Positions 1 to 7,230 of a DNA stretch of 32,000 bases are shown here, piece after piece. The number at the start of each line of letters is the position of its first letter. Position 1 is the stretch's first letter. Source of the stretch: an uncultured archaeon. GTDB taxonomy: Archaea; Iainarchaeota; Iainarchaeia; Iainarchaeales; Iainarchaeaceae. Location of the stretch: assembly GCA_964577555.1 (NCBI GenBank), contig CAZNZM010000001.1:87278-119277 (forward strand), read 5' to 3'. The position numbers were made by a program, and so were the translations under genes. The notes below the pieces were generated by a model. That model searched no databases. It was not told the origin of the DNA and saw only the letters and a list, made by a program, of their open reading frames with translations.

Positions 1-140
1 ATCTAAAAAAAATGGCTCGCAAAACAAACACAAAAAAAAACAACCAACAAAAAAAAAATAACAAAAAAAAACAATTCAAAAAAAAATCTAAAAAAAATGG
101 CTCGCAAAACAAACACAAAAAAAAACAACCAACAAAAAAA
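1..140. repeat. A-rich tandem direct repeat. A 55-nt unit (atct-A8-tggctcgc-aaaacaaacac-A9-caaccaac-A7) occurs at 1-55 and identically at 86-140 (85-nt period). Truncated by the window edge.
   Basis: Read directly: nt 1-55 and 86-140 are identical, separated by a 30-nt A-rich spacer. On the - strand this is a series of oligo-T tracts just downstream of ORF 217-471. A diverged copy of the whole segment is at 9465-9600. Confidence 0.85.
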
Positions 141-216
141 CTCGGCTTGTGAAAAAAAGTTAAAAAAAATTGAATTTTAAATTTAAAAAAAATGTTTGGT
201 TAAAATTTGGTTTGGT

Positions 217-471
217 TTAGTTGGTGCAAGAAGTTTGGTCTATTCCGTTGTCGCGAAGGCATTGCAACAACTGGTCGTTTCTTTCATTAAGCCTATCCAC
301 AAGGTCTTTCATGGAATTGTAATCTTCGCTTTTTGCGGAATTAAGGTAAGGATCTATGAATTGATTTGTTGCAAACCCGCCAATTATTAATCCAATAATA
401 AATGTTAAGGCAAGCAGAATTCTTTCAGAAGTCCAAAAATATTGTATAAAACTTTCTTGAGCCATTTTCAT
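217..471 (-). CDS. Small hypothetical membrane protein (84 aa, one TM helix)
   Basis: ORF with one hydrophobic helix (ILLALTFIIGLIIGGFA) and a charged helical C-terminal part (SMKDLVDRLNERNDQLLQCLRDNG). No family recognised. The antisense ORF 196-390 looks like a shadow. Confidence 0.5.
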   Translation of the reverse strand: MKMAQESFIQYFWTSERILLALTFIIGLIIGGFATNQFIDPYLNSAKSEDYNSMKDLVDRLNERNDQLLQCLRDNGIDQTSCTN

Positions 472-570
472 AATGAGAAATTAACTTTATTTAAAATTGA
501 CGCATCAAGCAAGGCACATCCTTTGGTTTTTTTATGTTAATGTTTTGGCAATCGTTGATTTGGTGAAATG

Positions 571-1671
571 TTAAAAGTCTATGCCTTCGCCTTCTATGCC
601 CATTTCTTTCCTGAATATTTTTATTTTTGTGTTTTTGTCTTTAAGGTTTGGTCTTACAAGCAAACATATTCTGCTTGGCCTTGAAAAGTCTTTCAGGAAG
701 TAACCAGAAACTTCTGAAAATTTTTTGCTCCATGATTCTATTTCTTCAAATGTAGGCATGTTCTCTCTTGAAAGCCTTGAACGAGAATCGCCAATATGCA
801 TGTATGATTTTATTTCAACAAATTCTGGCTTCATTGTCCAAACAATGTCTGACCAATCTTTAAGTTTTGATTCGTCGTCGTTAATTCTTTTTATCAAAGT
901 AATTCTAATAACTTTTCGGGTTTTAAGGCTTGAAATAACTCTAAGCGAATTAAGAAGCCTTTGCCAGCCATCTTTGTGGACGCTTCTATTGACTTTGTTG
1001 AACAATTGTTCGTTCGGAGCGTCAAGAGAAACATAAAGTTGTGTTGGCAAATAATCCTTGTTTTGTGACATTTTTTCAAAAACCTCCGTCTTTTGGGCGT
1101 TTGTCACAAGAAAAACGCTTTTTGTTGCTGGCAGAGCCTTTATTTCCGCAATTAATTCGCAAATTTTTGGGTATAAAGTGGGTTCGCCTGACAAGGAAAT
1201 AGCCCAATGAGTCGGAACAAGAGATTTTTCATACCTTGTTTTGCTTACTTTTTCAGATCCGCCAAAACCTGTCAAAAGTTTTTTTCTTTGATGTATAGTG
1301 CCTGAAATTATTTTTTCAGGAGAATCAATGTCCAAGTCGTCAAGGTTTTTATTGCGCATCCATTCCATTGGCCTCCAACAAAAAATACAATTTTCATTGC
1401 ACCACAACACCGTTGGAGACATTTGAGCACAAGCGGAACATTCAATTCCATAAAATTTTTGCTTGTAACAAACACCTTCCTGCCTAAGAGCCTTTTTATT
1501 CCAAGAACAAATTTGGACTGCCGAATGCGAGCCGACAATAGCATACTTTGAATTCTTAAGCTTGGAAACCTGTTTTTTTGAAAGAAACTTGGTTTCATCA
1601 CTATTTGAACACTCGTAATTGGCTTCCGCGCCATCAAAAACTTCAATCTTTATAGACATACAAAATAACAC
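571..1671 (-). CDS. taw1: tRNA 4-demethylwyosine synthase (radical SAM, Taw1/TYW1)
   Basis: Radical-SAM CxxxCxxC in WCNENCIFCWRP. Collinear Taw1/TYW1 blocks: HSAVQICSWNKKAL, VCYKQKFYGIE, AISLSGEPTLYP, PTQLYVSLDAP, EIKSYMHIG. Archaea/eukaryote-specific enzyme. Confidence 0.93.
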   Translation of the reverse strand: MLFCMSIKIEVFDGAEANYECSNSDETKFLSKKQVSKLKNSKYAIVGSHSAVQICSWNKKALRQEGVCYKQKFYGIECSACAQMSPTVLWCNENCIFCWRPMEWMRNKNLDDLDIDSPEKIISGTIHQRKKLLTGFGGSEKVSKTRYEKSLVPTHWAISLSGEPTLYPKICELIAEIKALPATKSVFLVTNAQKTEVFEKMSQNKDYLPTQLYVSLDAPNEQLFNKVNRSVHKDGWQRLLNSLRVISSLKTRKVIRITLIKRINDDESKLKDWSDIVWTMKPEFVEIKSYMHIGDSRSRLSRENMPTFEEIESWSKKFSEVSGYFLKDFSRPSRICLLVRPNLKDKNTKIKIFRKEMGIEGEGIDF

Positions 1672-1725
1672 GTTTAGATTGATTTTAAAAATGAGGGCTG
1701 ATGTTAAAATCCAACCAAGCTCACT

Positions 1726-3229
1726 TCAAAGGAAAGTTCCAATCAAATGCAAAGCCAAAAAAGAAATCGACAAAAAAAAGATTGGAAAAAGCCCAAAAAA
1801 ATTGGCTAATTTCTTATTACCATTAAAAAATGCATAACTAACTGGTAAAACATTAATAGTCATTAAAACGGCTAAAAAGAATGAAAAAATAATCGAATCA
1901 CTCATGAGAATGGGAAAATGATATAAACCAAAAGTCAGTGAATATATAGAAATTATACCAAAAATGACAAAAAACGTAGCTGCAAAAGGAAAAAATATAG
2001 GCTTTACAAAATCTTTCTTAGAAACAAAATCGATTTTAGCTTTTGCAAAAGACTGATCAACCTTCAATAAATAAGAAGCAATACAAAAACCCAAAAAAGA
2101 AAGCAAATTAGCCAAACCCAACAAAGCAAACTTCAAAACGGATGGACTATTATTCCTAAAAACAAACAAACCAGACAATAAACTTCCAAGCATTGAAGCC
2201 ACAATAAAAACAATCAAACCAATTACAAAATAATTTTCAACATACAATTTCTTGATTAAAACAGATTCAGGCGCAGTAGGAACAACCCACAAATCATCCT
2301 TAAAATTACTTGAAGGAGAATTTATATTAATTCTTGTAAATTCAAGATTGACAATCCTGGTTCTATGATTAAAAAATTCCGCTATTTCAGGCTTTTGAAT
2401 TTTAGGATTATAATTGCCAATCAAATAATCTATTTTTGTATAATTTTTTATTTCGAGATAAATTTCAGGAGTAACGTGGCCAAGCACATAAATTGATACA
2501 GGCACCACATTTGCGCCATAAACACTTGCAGGTTTTAGCGGAAAATAAATTTTTTCATACGGAAACTTAACATAAACACCAATAAAATTAGTAGACGAAT
2601 TTTTAGCAACTTCATTTTCAAACATAAACTTGTTAAAATCGGTAATCCAAATAATCACAAAAGAGTAATCTTTGCCAATATATTCACGAATAATTACCAT
2701 AGATTCAGCAGGAAGATACAAATCATTCTCTTTAATATAATCATCAAAACCAGACGGATTCTTGGCACTCACTAACTCGGATTTCAAACCAAGCTCTTCT
2801 ACCGATTCATAAACTTCATAATTACCGCCAAACTTATAAAGAGTAGTATCATTTAAAAGAACAAAAAGAGGAAAAAATGAAAAAACTGGGAAAAAAACAT
2901 TACTAAAGCGGTGTAATCTAAGTTAGACTTTTTCATTTCGTTAACATTGTAACCTACAAGAGGGGGAAAATAATTAACTATATCAACATCAACATTTTCA
3001 GGCAATGAAGAAACAGGAAAAATCCAAACAGCTTTACTCCTTTGACTTCTTTTGGCTGAACAGCCAAAATCATGTGCTGAACTCCATCATAATAACTTAT
3101 TTCAGCCAATTGCCTGCCTTCATGTATCAATGCGAAACTAGCACGAGGCATTAATGAAGCCGAATGTATTATTCCGTCCGAGTAAACGCTGGAACATAAT
3201 ATCACAAAAAACAAAACAAAAAAAAGCAA
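1726..3229 (-). pseudogene. DUF2330-like secreted/membrane protein gene broken by two frameshifts (ORF pieces 2978-3229, an unlisted middle frame, and 1726-2787)
   Basis: The N-terminal piece has a signal peptide and ends ...HMILAVQPKEVKGVK. A second frame continues AVWIFPVSSLPENVDVDIVNYFPPLVGYNVNEMKKSNLDYTALVMFF. A third frame continues PSFSFFPLFVLLNDTTLYKFGGNYEVYESVEELGLKSELVS... into the 353-aa ORF, which has C-terminal TM helices. The pattern (FAW-type strand, G.YEV, DYIKENDLYLPAES, FPYEKIYFPL) resembles DUF2330; the family call is tentative. Confidence 0.6.
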
Positions 3230-3489
3230 ACCTTTTAATCATTCGATCAACACAATCTAACCAACAATACCTATAAAAGCTTTACACATTTTGTTAGCGA
3301 AAAAAACTAAAGAAATAAATTGTTTGAAAAAAGTGAATTTAAAACAAAAACTAAAAAGCAGGCTTTTTAAGGTGTATTTAAAGCAAACCAAAAAAGCCGG
3401 ATTTTTTTTGGTTATTCATCCAAAAGGCTTTTAAATAAGTTAATTGTTTCCTAATTACATAATAAATTTTTTTAAAAAAATACGAGGGT

Positions 3490-3762
3490 TTGAACATGTA
3501 CAAATATACTATTGCAAGGCAATTGGCAACCAAAAGGGTTATCACCAACAGAGGAGACGAAGTTGGAAAGCTTTTGGATCTCCTTGTTAATGAAGCAACA
3601 GGTGAAATAGAACACCTGCTTGTGGAAGTGGATAGGGAATCAAAAGTGACAAAGCGAATTGACGTTAAGGACAGAATAATAGAAATTCCTTATTCGGCAG
3701 TTACGGCTGTAAGCGACGTCTTCATTGTTGATGAAAGAGAGCTTGGCGTAAAAGAAATGTAA
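3490..3762 (+). CDS. PRC-barrel domain protein
   Basis: 90-aa ORF (TTG 3490, or ATG 3496 preceded by GAGGG). The sequence LATKRVITNRGDEVGKLLDLLVNEATGEIEHLLVEV...IEIPYSAVTAVSDVFIV matches the PRC-barrel pattern. Confidence 0.8.
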   Translation: MNMYKYTIARQLATKRVITNRGDEVGKLLDLLVNEATGEIEHLLVEVDRESKVTKRIDVKDRIIEIPYSAVTAVSDVFIVDERELGVKEM

Positions 3763-3768
3763 GCCATC

Positions 3769-3780
3769 TTTTTTGGTTTT
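3769..3780 (+). terminator. Oligo-T tract (T6-GG-T4) 7 nt after the PRC-barrel stop codon; candidate archaeal intrinsic terminator
   Basis: Sequence ccatcttttttggtttt lies directly downstream of the TAA at 3760-3762. Archaeal RNAP terminates at oligo-T runs. The AT-rich background lowers specificity. Confidence 0.35.
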
Positions 3781-4033
3781 AACTTTGAAAATGAAAAAAA
3801 ACATTAAAGCCTGTAGCCATATGCAAATTACGAATAACCAATAATCAAAACATTAAACTAATATAATACTTTTGGTGTTAAATTTACTTTATGCCTTTAG
3901 GAATGCCAACAAGTATAACAAAGTATACTTTAAGACAAATAAGGGAAGCGCTGGCAAATGCTAAAAATGAAAAAGGCAATCTTAAAAAAAATTACAGGTT
4001 TTATTAAGTGCATTCAGAACAACAATTGGAAAA

Positions 4034-4405
4034 TTGGAAGAAATCAGAAATAGAAAAGATGTCTTGAAAAAAAATTCAAAAGACAGGGCAATAACAGAGG
4101 CTGCAGATGCCTTGGCAGACCTTAACTTCATGCTTATCTACGGAATAGGAAACTATAAATTTGAAGGCATAAGCGGAAAAACTGCAAGATCATTTAGAGA
4201 AAATGTAAGAAGAGAATTTATCCGAAATTTACAAGAAAAAAATGGCGATTTCAAGGATGCTATTTCAAAACTTATAGAAGAAATCAAAAATAATAAAACC
4301 GAATTCATCAAACTTTATAAGGTAAGAAGACAAACTATCTTAAAAAGACTAATCTTAGAAAGACGAGAAAGAAAGAAATACTATGGGAAAAGACCAATAC
4401 CATAG
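4034..4405 (+). CDS. Hypothetical helical, basic protein. Probably the 3' part of a longer gene starting at ATG 3891 (see finding on the A8 tract).
   Basis: 123-aa ORF with a TTG start in the track. The upstream 38-codon ORF 3891-4007 joins it in frame if the A8 run at 3984-3991 had one more A. No family recognised. Confidence 0.55.
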   Translation: MEEIRNRKDVLKKNSKDRAITEAADALADLNFMLIYGIGNYKFEGISGKTARSFRENVRREFIRNLQEKNGDFKDAISKLIEEIKNNKTEFIKLYKVRRQTILKRLILERRERKKYYGKRPIP

Positions 4406-5591
4406 AATAAAAAATCAATTGAAAAAATTGGAAGGGGATTTAACCATTTCTAATACTAATCTATCAATGCAAATGGACAACTTGACCTTTGCCTATCTTG
4501 TGCATGAATTTGAACCAATTATTTCAGGCGGATATATAAATAAGGTTTCGGAACTTGAAGACAAGTCTTTGAAAATAAAAATTCATACAAAGCAAGGTTC
4601 TAAGGATTTGATAATAACAAAAAATTCCCTTTTTATTTCTTCATACTCGCATAAGGCAAGACATGGGAAAACCCCTTTTTCTGAATCGTTGAAAAAACAT
4701 CTTTATAACAAAAGAATAATTGGCGTTGAACAACACGATTCAGACAGAATAATTTTATTGAAATTTTCTGAATATTCTCTTGTCTTGGAATTCATTGGAG
4801 AAGGAAATAAAATACTCTTGGACAACTTGGGGAAAATAGTTTCCTGCCAAAGAAAAGAAGAATGGGCAGACAGAAAAATAGCAAAAGGCGAATCATACAA
4901 ATTTCCAAAGCACGCCGGATTGGATCCTAAAAATATTTCCAGTGAAGAATTCGGCAAATTGCTGGCTTCTTCAAATAAAGACTTGATAAGAACAATAATA
5001 TCTTCAGTAAACATTTCCCCGCTTGTCGCGGAAGAAATATTGTATAGGCTTAAAATTGAAAAAAATAAAAAAGCTTCAAGCGTTTCAGAATCTGAAGCAT
5101 TGCTTATAGCGGAAAATATAAAGAAAGAATATAATTTTGGCAGTTCCGGTGCACAGCCTTGTGCGTATAAAGAATTTTGTTATCCTTTCAAGCTAATGCA
5201 CATTGCCGAAGCGCCAAAAGAAATAAAATCATTGAACAGTTTTTTGGACGAAGAATTTGCAAATAAAATCGCCAATCATTTGGAAAACAAAAATGAAGCT
5301 AAAAAGCCTGGAAAAAAAACAAGCCTTGAATTCATGAAATTGCAACAAATAGAAGCCAAAAAGAAATTTGAAATCCAAATTTCGGAAGCAAAAGCCAAGG
5401 GTGATTTGATTTATTCAAAATACAACGAAATAGACGAATTGCTTAAACTTGTTCAAAAACTTGCTTTTGCAAAAAGAAGCGAAAAAGAAATTATTGAAGA
5501 AATAAAAAAAATTGCAGAAAAAGGAAATTCCGCCGCAAAAGCTTTCAAAAAACTTGACCTTAAAAATAAATTGATTGAACTCGAATTCTGA
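4383..5591 (+). CDS. NFACT-N domain protein (Rqc2/FbpA-like, ribosome quality control family), lacking the NFACT-R/DUF814 half
   Basis: MDNLTFAYLVHEFEPIISGGYINKVSEL...SLKIKIHTK...DSDRIILLKF...LVLEFIGEGNKILLD...YKFP matches NFACT-N. An HhH-like segment (NISPLVAEEILYRL) and one coiled-coil arm follow. The likely true start is ATG 4467 or 4473, in frame with 4383. Confidence 0.8.
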   Translation: MGKDQYHRIKNQLKKLEGDLTISNTNLSMQMDNLTFAYLVHEFEPIISGGYINKVSELEDKSLKIKIHTKQGSKDLIITKNSLFISSYSHKARHGKTPFSESLKKHLYNKRIIGVEQHDSDRIILLKFSEYSLVLEFIGEGNKILLDNLGKIVSCQRKEEWADRKIAKGESYKFPKHAGLDPKNISSEEFGKLLASSNKDLIRTIISSVNISPLVAEEILYRLKIEKNKKASSVSESEALLIAENIKKEYNFGSSGAQPCAYKEFCYPFKLMHIAEAPKEIKSLNSFLDEEFANKIANHLENKNEAKKPGKKTSLEFMKLQQIEAKKKFEIQISEAKAKGDLIYSKYNEIDELLKLVQKLAFAKRSEKEIIEEIKKIAEKGNSAAKAFKKLDLKNKLIELEF

Positions 5592-5830
5592 CAAAAAAAT
5601 GTTTTAAATAGCAAGCCAGCTTCATATATATTTTTTGATGTTGCATCGGCTTTTGCAAAGAATTAATAGTACATCAAAGACCATTCTTCTCAATAAAATA
5701 ATCAAAACTTACTAAATCTAAAAGCAAAAATGAAGTTTTGCAAGCAAGCCAAACAATGGCAACGTCTGAATTTTATTTTTTAAACAAACACAGGTAAAAG
5801 ATTAAATATTGGGTTTGAGTATATAAAAAC

Positions 5831-6343
5831 ATGAATAAAACAAAGGGACAGGTTGGAACTGAATACTTGTTTGTTTTGGCAGGCGTTATAGTGGTTTCCG
5901 TAATAGCTACAATCATGACTCTCAATTTGATTAATTCGGAAATCAATGGGCCTAGCACTGATTGGAACAAGTTTGAAAGCAAATATGCAAAATTAAACAT
6001 TATTTCAATAATTGACGATGATGAACACGAATATAAAGTAAAAGACAAACCTTTTGGCGGCTATTCATTTTTAAGAGTGGACACTGATAAAATGAAAGTA
6101 AAATTTGAAATAGTTGAAAATGCTCAAGATTATAATGTGTTTTTCAAACAAGATGGAAAACAAATATGCGGTCTGTTTAATCAAGGAAGTATAATAAAAG
6201 GTACTATAACCAGTAAAAGTATTTCTATCAATGGATGTACAAGCATGGTTTTGGGAAAACCAATAGATGTTGTAGTAACAGTAAGATATTCAGAAATAAG
6301 AAGCGAAACAGACATGGAAAAAAACTTTATGAAATTTACTTAA
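5831..6343 (+). CDS. Prepilin-like protein with class III signal peptide (orphan copy)
   Basis: The N-terminus MNKTKG-QVGTEYLFVLAGVIVVSVIATIM has a basic leader, KG-Q cleavage-type site, E at +5 and a hydrophobic helix. The remainder is beta-rich. An AT-box (gattaaatatt) lies about 25 nt upstream of the ATG. Confidence 0.75.
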   Translation: MNKTKGQVGTEYLFVLAGVIVVSVIATIMTLNLINSEINGPSTDWNKFESKYAKLNIISIIDDDEHEYKVKDKPFGGYSFLRVDTDKMKVKFEIVENAQDYNVFFKQDGKQICGLFNQGSIIKGTITSKSISINGCTSMVLGKPIDVVVTVRYSEIRSETDMEKNFMKFT

Positions 6344-6424
6344 CAAATTCTCTTTCCTTCATAAGTAGAAAAAATTTATATATTAGTTCTTTATGTTTTT
6401 TATTCAATTGGATTTTTTGGAGTT

Positions 6425-7045
6425 TTGGCATTGCTTGCAGTAATGCTTTCAGGATGTAATGGATCAACAAACATTGATGTAAGATTATATTCATATGACG
6501 AAAAAGGCAATTATATTCCAAATGTGTTTGTAAATGTATATGACGAACAAGGGTTAATAGTTGCTTCTGGCAAAACCAATGAAAACGGGTATACTGACTT
6601 CGAATTGCAAAGGCCAGAACAATATGAATTCTTCGGGAACAAAGAAGGTTATGAAAGTGCTTCAGTAAAACAAAATATTTATTTTGGAAACAATAAAGTT
6701 AGCCTTTACCTCAAAGAAAAAGAAAAACCAGCAACTAATAGATACTACGAAGGAGAAACAATAGAAGAAATAAGAGGAAAAGGAGAATACGAAGGCAAAA
6801 AACTAAAAATAAAAATTAAAGGAATTGTATACACTGCAAAAGGCGAACAAGAAGTAACACTAATACTATACGACCAAAAAAACAATACTATAGATGTAAG
6901 AACAGTAAAAACCGGAGACAACCTAAAAGACCACTTCAAAGACGAAAAAGACGATGAAATATTAAAAGACAACATATACATCACCAAAATAGAAATAGAC
7001 AAAAAATCAAAGACAGGATACATAGAAACAAAAATAACACAATAA
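6425..7045 (+). CDS. Putative lipoprotein with carboxypeptidase-regulatory-like (CarboxypepD_reg/PEGA-type) beta-sandwich
   Basis: Lipobox-like LSGC after a short hydrophobic start (start codon uncertain; TTG 6425). VFVNVYDEQGLIVASGKTNENGYTDFEL...YEFFGNKEGYES fits the CarboxypepD_reg pattern. An in-frame TAA is followed by 44 more sense codons (see finding). Confidence 0.65.
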   Translation: MALLAVMLSGCNGSTNIDVRLYSYDEKGNYIPNVFVNVYDEQGLIVASGKTNENGYTDFELQRPEQYEFFGNKEGYESASVKQNIYFGNNKVSLYLKEKEKPATNRYYEGETIEEIRGKGEYEGKKLKIKIKGIVYTAKGEQEVTLILYDQKNNTIDVRTVKTGDNLKDHFKDEKDDEILKDNIYITKIEIDKKSKTGYIETKITQ

Positions 7046-7202
7046 AAATTGGTGATTCAAATTCAATACAATTTGGCATCAGGCAACTATGTTAACGAAA
7101 GACAATGGATAATAGAAAATGGAGTATATGATAAAACCGCATATATATACTATACAAAAGCTAACGACAAAACAAAATAAAAAAATATGATAAGTAATTT
7201 TC

Positions 7203-7228
7203 TTGGAAGGGGTTTTTACCCTTTCCAA
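7203..7228. terminator. Hairpin between convergent genes (11-bp stem with one G-U pair, 4-nt loop) with T-runs on both strands
   Basis: ttggaaggggt-tttt-accctttccaa at 7203-7228, 2 nt beyond the pgk stop (7231-7233). The + strand continues ...taattttta. The - strand continues into a T7 run (7181-7187). Confidence 0.5.
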
Positions 7229-7230
7229 TC

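Noticed and set aside
1-140. Possible CRISPR array, given the regularly spaced identical repeats
   Set aside because: Only two copies are visible. The unit is low-complexity poly-A-rich, the spacer is equally low-complexity, and no cas genes are present. This is not CRISPR-like.
3354-3413. Two adjacent A/T-rich hairpins (aaaaag-cagg-cttttt and aaccaaaaaa-gccggatt-ttttttggtt) in the 260-nt intergenic region, considered as an ncRNA or terminator
   Set aside because: The stems are almost entirely A-T in an AT-rich genome, so they carry little information. The region lies upstream of both flanking genes, so a terminator role is not expected. No tRNA-like GC-rich stems were seen in this or any other intergenic region.
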